Position numbers and translations under genes: made by a program. From Peptococcaceae bacterium (lineage in GTDB: Bacteria; Bacillota; Desulfotomaculia; Desulfotomaculales; JACDOK01): a DNA stretch of 64,000 bases. Below, one piece after another: positions 34,923 through 44,812 of the stretch. The notes beneath the pieces are model-generated. The model was not told the DNA's origin, searched no databases, and was given only the letters and a program-made list of their open reading frames with translations. Where the stretch lies: NCBI GenBank assembly GCA_017656185.1, contig JACDOK010000002.1, forward strand, positions 8,768 through 72,767, in the 5' to 3' direction. Positions within the stretch are counted from its first letter, which is position 1, and each line of letters begins with the position of its first letter.

Positions 34923-36554
34923 TTAACCCAACCCGCCTTCGCAGATCGTGATCACTTGGCCGACTTGCAAATTATTCGGATTGATACCTGGGTTCACCGC
35001 CATAATTTGATCGACCGTGGTGCGGAACCTTTGGGCCAGTGCGAACAGCGTATCGCCAGCCTTGATGGTGTAGCTAATCTGCCTGGTGCCGGGCGGGCAG
35101 ACGTCTGCCGGTGCGGGAACTTCCTCTACGCAAATGACCAGGTTCTCCTGGACAATCCGGGTTACCCGGACCATAGCCCCTAAAATTAAGGTAAAATCAA
35201 TATTTTCCCCTACTAGTTCTACACTGCAGAATTCGGAATTGATGTTCACCGTTACAATATCGTCCCGGGTAACGTCGCCCGGAATTGCCACACTAATATT
35301 CCAAGGCACCTCAGTATGGAAGGCGTGCACCGGCTGGGTCGGTTTGTCGGCCACATATGTAATCTTGACTTCCGCCGCACCGCGTACCAGTACCTTGTTG
35401 GCAGCCTCTAATACCTCGGTTTGCTGAATTGTGTTGCTGGTAATCATACATTCCAGAACTTTTTGAGCCGGTGGTTTTTGGGCCGGAATGACCAGGGTAT
35501 CCTTAAGGGCAATCTGTTGGGCCACGTCACCAACGATGCGGTCCGTACGCAGCAGTATCGCTTCAAAGCCGGGTGCGACAGGACCAACTTCCGGTGCCGT
35601 AACAGCTACAAGCTCCATTTCCCTCAAAATATCGGCTCTCAGGGCCAGGACAGCTGTGATGCGCAAGTCGCAGATGTTGCGGGCCACAGCCTCACAGTCC
35701 TCAATCTCAAAGCTGACGTCAATAATATCATCCGGTTCGGCGCCAGGTACTTCCACGAATTCGGAGAACGGGATTTCCACGTGCACGTGGTGGACCGGCT
35801 GGTCCCCTTCCCAGGTGCGGGCGACGTAAATCACCTGCAGGGTGAGCATCCCTTCCAGGACAACTTTGCCGTCAATTACTTCCCTCCGGGTGATGGCGGC
35901 GTCGCAAATGGTGTCAACTACCTGTTCTGGGCAGGGCTTACATCCTTCGGTTAAATCTTTGACATTTACGGTTTCACTGATCACCACCTGGCGTTCACCC
36001 TGGCCCACAATTTGATTCAGGACCAGTTCTATTGGTTCGGTTCCGGGCGGCAGCGGGATAGTTCCCTCCGGAGTCTGAACCAGAAGCTCAAGTTCTTCGG
36101 TCACGGTAACTTTGGCAAAAATCCTGATAATAATGGTTACAATAATCTTACGGCCAGTGCGGTCATTATGGTCCAGCTCACAGCGGGCCTGCTCCACCGT
36201 AAGGCGGACGAAAACGTCTTGACCAACACCAGGTTCGGCCCCCGGAATATCGAGGAACTCAGTAAAGGTTACGTCCCCATGCACGGCGTGTACCGGCTGG
36301 TCACCTTCCTTGGTCTTGGCCACATAGGTCACCTTGACGTTAGCCTTACCTTCTACGACGACTTTGTTGCGTAGAATTTCGGTATTGGTAACTTTGGCGC
36401 TCACGTTGCAGTCGAGCACCTGCTCGGCCGGCGGTTTCCGGGAAGGAATCGTCATGGTAGTGCGAATATTGGTCTGTCTGGTTTGTTCACCGACGACCTG
36501 GCGCACCACAAATTCGCGGCATTCAAATAATTGTTGTTGATGTTTGTATGGCAC
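34923..36554 (-). CDS. multi-DUF3794(SPOCS)-repeat protein with C-terminal LysM domain (SafA/SipL-like spore coat candidate)
   Basis: Four internal repeats are present, of the type 'KVxxGKAxVKVTYVAxxxEGDQPVHxVHxxVxFxEFxxxPGAEP'. The C-terminal LysM is YTIKAGDTLFALAQRFRTTVDQIMAVNPGINPNNLQVGQVI. I place the start at GTG 36554 after AAAGGGGGA. The track ORF runs to 36623. Confidence 0.7.
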   Translation of the reverse strand: MPYKHQQQLFECREFVVRQVVGEQTRQTNIRTTMTIPSRKPPAEQVLDCNVSAKVTNTEILRNKVVVEGKANVKVTYVAKTKEGDQPVHAVHGDVTFTEFLDIPGAEPGVGQDVFVRLTVEQARCELDHNDRTGRKIIVTIIIRIFAKVTVTEELELLVQTPEGTIPLPPGTEPIELVLNQIVGQGERQVVISETVNVKDLTEGCKPCPEQVVDTICDAAITRREVIDGKVVLEGMLTLQVIYVARTWEGDQPVHHVHVEIPFSEFVEVPGAEPDDIIDVSFEIEDCEAVARNICDLRITAVLALRADILREMELVAVTAPEVGPVAPGFEAILLRTDRIVGDVAQQIALKDTLVIPAQKPPAQKVLECMITSNTIQQTEVLEAANKVLVRGAAEVKITYVADKPTQPVHAFHTEVPWNISVAIPGDVTRDDIVTVNINSEFCSVELVGENIDFTLILGAMVRVTRIVQENLVICVEEVPAPADVCPPGTRQISYTIKAGDTLFALAQRFRTTVDQIMAVNPGINPNNLQVGQVITICEGGLG

Positions 36555-36658
36555 ACAACTTCCCCCTTTCAGCATTTTTGGTATTAATATATGCTGCCAA
36601 GGGGGAAGTGTGAGACATTCCAATCCAATATTTGCCCTAAAAACTTACAATTTACATT

Positions 36659-37564
36659 TTACCCTGTAAACATCTGCACCCAAATCTTCCCATAGCGGCT
36701 GCCTTCAATAACACCGATACCGGCCCTGGTGTAATTCTTGCTGAGGATGTTGGCACGGTGTCCGGGAGAATTCATCAAGCCGGTATGGGCCCGTTCCACA
36801 GTGGGCGCGCCGGACAGGTTCTCCCCGGCGTAACGGTAGCTGACTCCAAACTTGCGCATCATATCAAAAGGCGAGCCGTAGGTAGGCGAGTAGTGGGCAA
36901 AGTAGCCCTTGTCCACCATATCCTGCGCCTTTAAGCGCGCCAGTTTTACCAGCTCGGGGTCGACCTGCAGCGGCGCCAGGCCCCGCTTCGCGCGTTCCTG
37001 GTTAACTAACTCAAACATCTTGGCCTCGTCAGCCGTCAGGATACCCTGGCTATCCCCCGGCTCAGGTTGCGGCTGTGGCTGCGGTTCGGGCTGTGGCTGC
37101 GGGTGAGGTTGTGGCTCGGGCTCCGGTCTCGGCTGCGGTGCCGGCGCCAGCCGGTTACCATGTATGAAAATCGTGGCAACCCGTCTCCCGGATACCGCCA
37201 CACCGATCTGGTCATACGACGGCGTAAGGGCGGTTCTTGTACGGGCCAGCGCTGACGCTACCCACTCGACATTCGAAGAATACACTACAATAGATGAAGG
37301 ATAGGGATATCCGTATTTGATACCCCGCTCGCGCATCAGCTTGAATACACCGCTGGAATCGGAAGAACCGGCTATGTCACAAAGTACGGGATTAACAACA
37401 AGAGGTTTCAACCCCTTCTTCTCACGTGCTTCGTTGATACTCTGCACGATCTGGTTCTCATCACCTGTCAATCCATCTTGCGCCCATGCTGCTGATGCCC
37501 CTAAAATGGTACATAACAGCACGACCATTACTACCAGTAACTTTTTGCCGTAAAGACGCTGCAT
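36659..37564 (-). CDS. secreted double CAP/SCP (YkwD-like) domain protein with Pro-Glu/Pro-Gln linker
   Basis: The signal peptide is MQRLYGKKLLVVMVVLLCTILGASAAWA. The C-terminal CAP domain has GHRANIL and YTRAGIGV. The central linker is PQPRPEPEPQPHPQPQPEPQPQPQPEP. Confidence 0.75.
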   Translation of the reverse strand: MQRLYGKKLLVVMVVLLCTILGASAAWAQDGLTGDENQIVQSINEAREKKGLKPLVVNPVLCDIAGSSDSSGVFKLMRERGIKYGYPYPSSIVVYSSNVEWVASALARTRTALTPSYDQIGVAVSGRRVATIFIHGNRLAPAPQPRPEPEPQPHPQPQPEPQPQPQPEPGDSQGILTADEAKMFELVNQERAKRGLAPLQVDPELVKLARLKAQDMVDKGYFAHYSPTYGSPFDMMRKFGVSYRYAGENLSGAPTVERAHTGLMNSPGHRANILSKNYTRAGIGVIEGSRYGKIWVQMFTG

Positions 37565-37681
37565 GCATACCCTCCTTTGCTAAAATTTTGGAACTTGTCC
37601 AAGAAAATTGTAAAACAGTGCTGGTAAAGAAGGCAAATGTGGGTATTACTGCTCATCCCTGGCAACAAAAGACGATTCAAG

Positions 37682-38029
37682 CTATGAACCCCTTTTCTTC
37701 CTGCTTGAATGTTTTTTGGACGGGATGGAGTTATTTGGATTCTCCACCTTAAATATCTCCGTTTTTATACCAATCAGGCAGCAAAGTTCCGCCGCATCCT
37801 GGCTTGCCGGGCCTGCCAGTACCACCCGGACCAACCCGGCGTTGATATAGTGTATCAACGCGGGTAATAACGCATGGGATGATTTGCCTTCCAGGTTGTC
37901 TGTAAGGCCTTCGGCCAGCCCCGTATTATAGCCAATAGCCTTTCCTTCCTGGTAACCTCTTTCATAACCCAGGTCATAACCTTCGGCATAACCTTGATGG
38001 TACCCTAACTGCCAATCATAGCGGGTCAT
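37682..38029 (-). CDS. hypothetical protein with N-terminal GY-repeat segment
   Basis: The N-terminus is MTRYDWQLGYHQGYAEGYDLGYERGYQEGKAIGYNTGLAEG. The start is ATG 38029 after GGGAGAGGA. I recognise no family. Confidence 0.5.
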   Translation of the reverse strand: MTRYDWQLGYHQGYAEGYDLGYERGYQEGKAIGYNTGLAEGLTDNLEGKSSHALLPALIHYINAGLVRVVLAGPASQDAAELCCLIGIKTEIFKVENPNNSIPSKKHSSRKKRGS

Positions 38030-38233
38030 ACGTTCCTCTCCCACCAGCCGATCCTAAAATATCATATTAAACAGCCCGGCATATGTGTGTCGCCATTTAC
38101 AGATTACCTTAAAAAAAGACGAAAGAGGAACTGCTCAGCAAACTGGCCAGATACCGACATCCCCTCTTAGTAACAAAATTCAGCCCCAACCTATACGATA
38201 GACTAGGATTCCCTAATTCATAAGGTGGTAGTA

Positions 38234-40261
38234 ATGGCAGCCAATAAAGGTACCATCAGCCTCTGTCTCATTGTCCGGGACGAGGAAAAGAACCTTGCGC
38301 GGTGTCTTAAGAGCGCGCTCGGTTATGTTGATGAAATCATTGTTGTTGATACCGGTTCCCGGGATGCTACTCCCGATATTGCCAAGAGTTATGGAGCCGT
38401 GGTTGTTCATTCACCCTGGCAGAACGACTTTTCTCAGGCCAGAAATGAGAGCATAAAACATGCCGCAGGGGAGTGGGTTCTTATTTTGGACGCTGATGAA
38501 GAGCTGCCAGCTGAAACGGCGCACAAACTGAGAGACCTGGCGCGCGCACCGGGTGTCGAGGCGTGGACTTTTACCATCGTAAGCCCGGTACTTTCCCGAA
38601 AAGACGGCCCCAAGACAAAGCATCTCAACCTGAGAATGTTTAGAAACAAGGATATATACCGTTTTGAGGGTAAAATTCACGAGCAGGTTAAGCCCAGCAT
38701 TCTCAGACACAACCCCGGTGCCGTTATAGAATATTCCAATTTGGCCATCATCCATTACGGCTATGTTCGTGATACCGGAGAACGCCGGGCCAAAACCCGG
38801 CGCAATATTGCCATACTCGAAGAAGCACTGGCATCAAACCCCGCAGACCCTTTCTACCATTACAACCTGGGTGTCAGTTACTTTACCCTGGGCGACCTGA
38901 AAAGTTCCCGCCGGCACTATGAAACAGCCCTGCAGCACGCGGACCTAAAAGCAGGATTTGCAGCCGTACTGTACCGCAATTACTGCCTGTGCCTCTATGA
39001 ATTGGGCGAGTATGCCGAAACACTCGCAACAGCCGACAAGGCCCTGATCTATTTCGCCGACTACCCGGACCTCTATTTCATCAAAGGACAGGTATTTTGC
39101 GATCTTGGAATGCTTCCCGAGGCCAAGGCCAGTTTCTTGAAGTGCACCCGCTTCCGGAAGATCCCCCCGGAATATACCACTATGGAAGGGGTAACCAGCT
39201 ACCTGGCTTTTGAAAACCTCGCCGAGATCTGCGCACTGGAGGGTAATTGGGACGAAGCCGTAGATCACATTACCCGGGCCATCGAGCATCAGCCGTCCTA
39301 TCGATTGTTATCCCGCTTGTGCTCGCTACTGCAGAAAAAAAATTATCAAGGAAACGCGATTGCCGCCTATTTACTGGAAAGCCTGAAGATCAAACGGCAA
39401 ACGGCGGCCCGCATCCTGTTTGACGCGCAGGAGTTTGAGGCCTGCCTCGCTTGTATAGGAGATACTCCTGCCGGATCCGAAATGGCCCTTTTAAAGGCGA
39501 AATGCCTTATACGTTTGGGCCACTACCGGAAAGCGGCGGAAGCTTTGCAAAAAATTCACCCCCGCTGCCATCTGGTCGTGGAGGGACTTAAACAAAAAAG
39601 CCTCACTGCCTGGCTGCGGAATCCCCGGCGTGATGCCGCGATGCCGGCTTCAGCCGGCAATAACCCGGGTCACCCGGCGACCGTTTGTTGTCAAGCCATT
39701 AACTCCTTGATCGGCAGTACCGCCACCCTGCAGCAGCAAGACGTCCGGGAACATGCTCTGGACATCGCCCTGGAAGCCCTCCGTTTAGGAGACAGGGATT
39801 TATCCATGATGATCAGCCTTACCGTTACCGGTCATAAAATACAAGAAGCTTACCGCACCCTGGGGGAATACGTCCTGCAGAAAGGCTGCTATGCGGAAGC
39901 CAAGGAATTACTGAAACAGGCATTAAACAGCGGCAGTGCCACTAAAGAAATTTATTACCTTCTCGGCACGGCGTGTGCCAACCTGAACCTGCACGGCAAA
40001 GCTTTCGGCTACTTTTTAGAAGCCTTCAAACAGGCACCGGAGAACGAACTCTTTGCCGCCTGTGCCCTCCAGTCACTGGTTAACGAGTGCCTGGCTTTTG
40101 TCATTAACGGGTTAAACCTGGAAAAGAATAACGCCGTGCTGCGGCAGGAATTGTTCAGGCTGACTTCTTTGAAAAGAAAACTACAGTATTGTAAGGAGGC
40201 CGTTTATAGTGCGGACCGCCACTCTCAGCCTCTGCATGATTGCCAAAAACGAGGCCGATAA
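38234..40261 (+). CDS. GT2 (GT-A) glycosyltransferase fused to TPR domain, paralog 1
   Basis: SLCLIVRDEEKNLARCL...VDEIIVVDTGSRDATPDIA...W.NDFSQARN...WVLILDADEEL is followed by FRNKDIYRFEGKIHEQ, IHYGY and a long TPR-like helical region. Confidence 0.85.
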   Translation: MAANKGTISLCLIVRDEEKNLARCLKSALGYVDEIIVVDTGSRDATPDIAKSYGAVVVHSPWQNDFSQARNESIKHAAGEWVLILDADEELPAETAHKLRDLARAPGVEAWTFTIVSPVLSRKDGPKTKHLNLRMFRNKDIYRFEGKIHEQVKPSILRHNPGAVIEYSNLAIIHYGYVRDTGERRAKTRRNIAILEEALASNPADPFYHYNLGVSYFTLGDLKSSRRHYETALQHADLKAGFAAVLYRNYCLCLYELGEYAETLATADKALIYFADYPDLYFIKGQVFCDLGMLPEAKASFLKCTRFRKIPPEYTTMEGVTSYLAFENLAEICALEGNWDEAVDHITRAIEHQPSYRLLSRLCSLLQKKNYQGNAIAAYLLESLKIKRQTAARILFDAQEFEACLACIGDTPAGSEMALLKAKCLIRLGHYRKAAEALQKIHPRCHLVVEGLKQKSLTAWLRNPRRDAAMPASAGNNPGHPATVCCQAINSLIGSTATLQQQDVREHALDIALEALRLGDRDLSMMISLTVTGHKIQEAYRTLGEYVLQKGCYAEAKELLKQALNSGSATKEIYYLLGTACANLNLHGKAFGYFLEAFKQAPENELFAACALQSLVNECLAFVINGLNLEKNNAVLRQELFRLTSLKRKLQYCKEAVYSADRHSQPLHDCQKRGR

Positions 40262-42569
40262 CATCGGCCGGTGCTTGAACAGCGTCAAAGATATTGTTGA
40301 CGAGATTATATTGGTGGATACCGGTTCGACGGATAATACCATTGAAATCGCCAAAGCCATGGGGGCGAAAGTCATCGAGGAAGAATGGCAAAATGATTTC
40401 AGCGCGCCCCGGAACACCTCCTTGGAGCATGCCACCGGGGACTGGATTCTTTTTCTGGACTGCGACGAAGAGCTTGCTCCGGACAGTGCCGTGGAACTGC
40501 GGCAAATAATTGACAATACCCCTTATGAGGCTTTTTTCGTTCTCGTTACCAACAAAACGGAAACTGATATTGAATTGACTTTTCCCAGCATTCGCCTGTT
40601 CAGAAACAGGAAATGCTTCCGGTTCAGGGGCAAAATCCACGAGCAAATCGTTAACTCTATCATCGAAAATTACGGACAGCAAAGTATCGGGCACAGCGAA
40701 ATCAGGATTATACACCACGGGTACAATGCCAGTACCACACACATTCAAGCTAAGGTGCATAGAAACCTCGCGATCCTTGAAGGTTACCCCGATGAAAAAA
40801 GGGACGGTTTCTTTTTTTACAACCTGGGCACGGAATACCTCCGCCTTGGAGAAAAGAAAAAGGCTCTGGCAGCTTACCTTAAGGCCCTGAAAATGACCAA
40901 ACCCACCCAGTCCTACGGGCCTGTGCTGGTAAAGAGAACAATGACCACACTTATGGAGCTGCAAAGGTACCGGGATGCCGTCGAGCAGCTGCGCTATTAC
41001 CAAACCATTTACCCGCAGTTCAACGACCTGGTGTTCCTGGAGGCAATTTGTCATATCCGCTGCGGGCGTTATTCCGAAGGCAAGTCACGCCTGCAGGACT
41101 ATCTTGCCATGCCACCCCCTCCCGCTTGGTATCCTACGGAAACTGTTTTCCAGGGGTCCTCAGTGGATGACTTCATGAAACGCGTTAACGCACTCTCTAC
41201 CGGTAAAGGCTGTCCGGACATAAGCGTGTGCATTATCGGTAAAAACGAAGCGGACCATATCGGCAGCTGCATTATCAGCGTCAACGAAATTGCTGAAGAA
41301 GTGATCTTTGTTGATACCGGTTCCAGTGATAAAACCCCGGCTGCAGCCTACCAGTTAGGGGCCAGTGTCTACCATATGCCCTGGCACAACAGCTTTTCCG
41401 AAGCCCGCAATTATGCCCTGGATAAGGCCAAAGGAGAGTGGATCCTGGTTCTTGACGCTGATGAAGCGCTGCCGGATGAGAGCCGGGAAAAGATTGTAAA
41501 GCTGCTTAACGAAGGCACCCAAAAAGGATATCTCTTAAAAATATGCACCTTTCTGGATCGTACCCTGTCTCCCGCCAACTGTCACATTACAGGACAGTGC
41601 AGGCTGTTCCGCAGGGAAAACCGCCGCTATACGGGAGCCGTGCTGGAGGATGTCACTCTCTCCTTTGCAGACGACAACGACATCGCGCCGGTCGATATAA
41701 CCATCAACCACCTTCACTATACGGCAGAAGATAAACATATCGCCGCTAAGAGGTGTTTAAAACTAGAGGTCATCAGGTCGGGGACGGCCGGCGATCCCCT
41801 CCTGCAGAACTATGCCCTGGGTATCGAACACTTCTACATGCAGGACTTTACCTCTGCTGTTAAATGCCTCGATTACTGTCTTGAAAGGATTGAGTACCTT
41901 CCCATAGCCTATCTGCCAAATGTTTTCTTTTACTGTGCCCTATCGTTGATAAACAACAAAAACTATGACCGTGCGGCAGAGGTTTTGGACCAGGGCATCA
42001 GCTTATTCCCCGATTATACCGATCTGGTTTATTTACAGGCCATTACCCGTTTCATGCAGGGCGAAACCGGAGGGGCTGCACGGCTCTTGCATCAATGTCT
42101 GGCAATGGGGGAAACTCCCTGGGACAAATACACTGCTACACCGGGAGTAGGAAGCTTTAAAGCTATGTGCTCCCTGGGTACGGTCTACGCCCGGCAGAAA
42201 AACTACGACGAGGCCTTAGAAATGTTTGTCCAAGCTGCCGCCTTTCCCGGTGCCTTTGATCAGGCGGTGGAAAATATCGTTTTTCTAAAAGACAAATTAC
42301 CCCTGCCTCTCGACCGTTTTCTCGCAGAAAAGGGTATTCTCAACGACCGCAGCCTCAGCATCGCCTCCCGTATACTGGCCAAACAAGGCCGCTACCACGA
42401 CAGCCTCAAATATCTATCTTTGGCCAGCGGCTTGATGGCCAAAGAACCTGCTCCTCGCAGTTATACAAACATAATTCAGGCCATCGATACATTGTTGGGA
42501 AAATTCATCTCAGAAGCATCACAAAACCTACCCGAAGACTCAGTTTTTACAAAGGAATTAAATATTTAG
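40209..42569 (+). CDS. tandem double GT2-TPR glycosyltransferase, paralogs 2a/2b fused (786 aa)
   Basis: Two complete GT2 cores are present: SLCMIAKNEADNIGRCL...LVDTGSTDNT...LFLDCDEEL and VCIIGKNEADHIGSCI...FVDTGSSDKT...LVLDADEAL. Each is followed by helical repeats. The start is GTG 40209 after AGGAGG and overlaps the previous gene by 53 nt. Confidence 0.85.
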   Translation: MRTATLSLCMIAKNEADNIGRCLNSVKDIVDEIILVDTGSTDNTIEIAKAMGAKVIEEEWQNDFSAPRNTSLEHATGDWILFLDCDEELAPDSAVELRQIIDNTPYEAFFVLVTNKTETDIELTFPSIRLFRNRKCFRFRGKIHEQIVNSIIENYGQQSIGHSEIRIIHHGYNASTTHIQAKVHRNLAILEGYPDEKRDGFFFYNLGTEYLRLGEKKKALAAYLKALKMTKPTQSYGPVLVKRTMTTLMELQRYRDAVEQLRYYQTIYPQFNDLVFLEAICHIRCGRYSEGKSRLQDYLAMPPPPAWYPTETVFQGSSVDDFMKRVNALSTGKGCPDISVCIIGKNEADHIGSCIISVNEIAEEVIFVDTGSSDKTPAAAYQLGASVYHMPWHNSFSEARNYALDKAKGEWILVLDADEALPDESREKIVKLLNEGTQKGYLLKICTFLDRTLSPANCHITGQCRLFRRENRRYTGAVLEDVTLSFADDNDIAPVDITINHLHYTAEDKHIAAKRCLKLEVIRSGTAGDPLLQNYALGIEHFYMQDFTSAVKCLDYCLERIEYLPIAYLPNVFFYCALSLINNKNYDRAAEVLDQGISLFPDYTDLVYLQAITRFMQGETGGAARLLHQCLAMGETPWDKYTATPGVGSFKAMCSLGTVYARQKNYDEALEMFVQAAAFPGAFDQAVENIVFLKDKLPLPLDRFLAEKGILNDRSLSIASRILAKQGRYHDSLKYLSLASGLMAKEPAPRSYTNIIQAIDTLLGKFISEASQNLPEDSVFTKELNI

Positions 42570-42733
42570 GGCTATTAAAAATCCCGTTTGCCGGCATGTC
42601 AATAAATGGAAAATTGTCACACGACTGGGGTTGGGATAACGGAAAACATGGTTAGGAAAGCACATGTAGTACTTGAACGCATATTCTAAAAAAGAGATAT
42701 GCCAATTCTTGACATTAATGGAGGGGCTATCCG

Positions 42734-43678
42734 GTGAGAATCTTGTTTACCAACCCTACCCCCGTCATTAAATACGGGATGCAGTTAGGATTTGAGAAAC
42801 ACGGCTGGCAAACTGCACGCATCGAAGTCCCGGAGCAGACGGAGCAGGGACTCCAAAAGAAAATAGACGAATTCAAACCAGATTACATCTTTACCGAAGG
42901 GGGCGTGGACACCAAGAAATTTGTATTCCCTGTGTTGGAAAAGACGGGGATACCGCATATTTTTTGGGCCATCGAAGACCCCATTGCCAGTGGGCTGGCG
43001 ATGGAATGGGCCGGAAAATCCGTCCTTGTCCTTACTCCCTGCATTGAAATGGTTGAAAACTACCGAAAAAACGGGCACAAAGCCATTTGTGTCCCGTTTG
43101 CGGTAGACCCTGACTATTACTACAAAAGGCCCCTTCACGAGAAATTTGCATTGTTAGATGCCATTCATATCGGCAACAACTACGACTGGTTCGAGGAAAG
43201 ATATAAGGCCTACCAATACATCATTCAACCGTTTATCGACAAAGGGAAGAAAATCGAGATATACGGTTGGGACTGGACTAATCCCAAACACAGATTCAAC
43301 GTAGATCCCAAGTACTATAAAGGATATATGGCGCACGAAGAAACGGTTATTGCGTATTCATCAGCAAAAATTGTCCTCGGGGTCCATTCCATTGTGAATT
43401 CCAAGACGATGCAGTCGATGAGGACGTTCGAGGTGCTGGGATGCGGGGGGTTCTTCTTAACGCAGCATACGAAGGCGATTGAATGCATGTTTGAAAACCA
43501 CAAGCACCTGGTATGGTCCGAAAGCTACGAGGAAACGGTAGACCTTATGAATTTTTACCTGAAAAATGATGCCGCCCGCCAAAAGGTGGCAGCTAACGGT
43601 CAAAAACTTGTCTATGAAAAGCACACCTACCAGCACCGTGTGGCCAACATACTACAGGCCTTGGGACTCAAATGCTAA
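42734..43678 (+). CDS. cgeB: CgeB-family (spore maturation protein B-like) glycosyltransferase
   Basis: At 314 aa it has the CgeB-type layout. The C-terminal segment is RTFEVLGCGGFFLTQHT...LVWSESYEETVDLMNFYLKNDAARQKVAANGQKLVYEKHTYQHR. Confidence 0.75.
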   Translation: MRILFTNPTPVIKYGMQLGFEKHGWQTARIEVPEQTEQGLQKKIDEFKPDYIFTEGGVDTKKFVFPVLEKTGIPHIFWAIEDPIASGLAMEWAGKSVLVLTPCIEMVENYRKNGHKAICVPFAVDPDYYYKRPLHEKFALLDAIHIGNNYDWFEERYKAYQYIIQPFIDKGKKIEIYGWDWTNPKHRFNVDPKYYKGYMAHEETVIAYSSAKIVLGVHSIVNSKTMQSMRTFEVLGCGGFFLTQHTKAIECMFENHKHLVWSESYEETVDLMNFYLKNDAARQKVAANGQKLVYEKHTYQHRVANILQALGLKC

Positions 43679-43697
43679 TATGGTGGGATGAACAGAA

Positions 43698-44777
43698 ATG
43701 AAAATAGCGTTTTTAGCGGACCATTTGGTCTTAGGCGGATTAGAGACACATATCATTTCTTTTACCAATGAACTTCTAGAGCGGGGTCATCAAATACTGC
43801 TCTATACCGCTTCGGCTGTCCCTGAAATCCTATCTCAGGTCCGAGATAACGACAGCACTTTCCACTATATTTCATGGACCGGTGACCCTGTGAACGACGT
43901 AAAGCCTTTTAATCCCGACATTATTCATGCGCACCCATTTGAGGCCATTTTAAAAGGACAGCAGGTGGCGGAAGTTCTTAAAAAACCCTTTATAGTAACC
44001 ATACACGGGGCATATGGCCACTATTTGGATCGCTCACCAATAGGTTATAAGACCAGTCAATATGTGCAGCGCATCATTGCCGTTGACCTTAGAGCAGCCA
44101 CCTTTCTATTAAATGACACTGCACACCCGGAGAAAATCTCCGTCATACGCAATGGCATCAACCTGAATGATTTTCATCCCATTCCATGCGATCCGGAAGG
44201 ACGACAAAGACTGGCACTAAACCCTGACTGGTTTACCATTGCAGCCATTAGCCGGTTAGCCAATGGTAAAGAATATGCCGTTTTGCAGCTTTTACGCTGT
44301 GCACCGGCATTAGCCCGTCACCTGGGGGGTCTGAACCTCATGGTAGTAGGTGATGGGCCTTCATATCCTCAAGTTGAGAAAGCCGGTACGTCGTTGTTGG
44401 CTAACAGTAAAAATATAAATATCAAAATTATGGGACGCCAAGATAATGTTCAAAAATTCCTTGCGTTCTCTGACGTTGTATTGGCTTGCGGCAGGGCAGC
44501 TTTAGAGGCTATGGCATGTCAACGACCTGTTTTTGCTATGCGAAATGGTTTTGCGGGGGTTGTAGATCAAAACAATCATCATGAAATTTTGTTTAACGTC
44601 CGCGGTTTCCATACGCTGACAGATGAAGAATTAATATGTGCACTGGCCGGTTTAGCTGAAGATAAACAATACCGCGATCAATTAGCCAGGGATGGTTACG
44701 AGATTATCCGTCGTTACTATGATATTACAGAGAACACTACCCAGTTAGAACGCATTTATGAACAGTACTGCCGCTAA
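43698..44777 (+). CDS. GT-B fold glycosyltransferase (GT4-like)
   Basis: MKIAFLADHLVLGGLETHI is a GT4 N-terminus. The C-terminal segment is ACGRAALEAMACQRPVFA. Confidence 0.8.
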   Translation: MKIAFLADHLVLGGLETHIISFTNELLERGHQILLYTASAVPEILSQVRDNDSTFHYISWTGDPVNDVKPFNPDIIHAHPFEAILKGQQVAEVLKKPFIVTIHGAYGHYLDRSPIGYKTSQYVQRIIAVDLRAATFLLNDTAHPEKISVIRNGINLNDFHPIPCDPEGRQRLALNPDWFTIAAISRLANGKEYAVLQLLRCAPALARHLGGLNLMVVGDGPSYPQVEKAGTSLLANSKNINIKIMGRQDNVQKFLAFSDVVLACGRAALEAMACQRPVFAMRNGFAGVVDQNNHHEILFNVRGFHTLTDEELICALAGLAEDKQYRDQLARDGYEIIRRYYDITENTTQLERIYEQYCR

Positions 44778-44812
44778 CTTTCGACTACAAGATACAAGAA
44801 AGGAGCATAAGC

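Noticed and set aside
40155-41054. A 299-aa minus-strand ORF and several similar antisense ORFs (40181-40516, 47562-47846, 49434-49898, 51148-51489, 53757-54041) share 'VEPVST.IISST'-like segments.
   Set aside because: They are the reverse-strand shadow of the conserved GT2 motif VDEI(I/V)VVDTGS in the plus-strand glycosyltransferase genes. They have no RBS or family similarity of their own. The plus-strand frames carry complete, recognisable domains.
42570-42733. I looked for a small glycocin-like precursor peptide in the spacers of the GT array, for example the 19-codon ORF starting at about 42596.
   Set aside because: It has no RBS, no leader or double-glycine features and no Cys pattern. 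It is too short, so it is probably noise.
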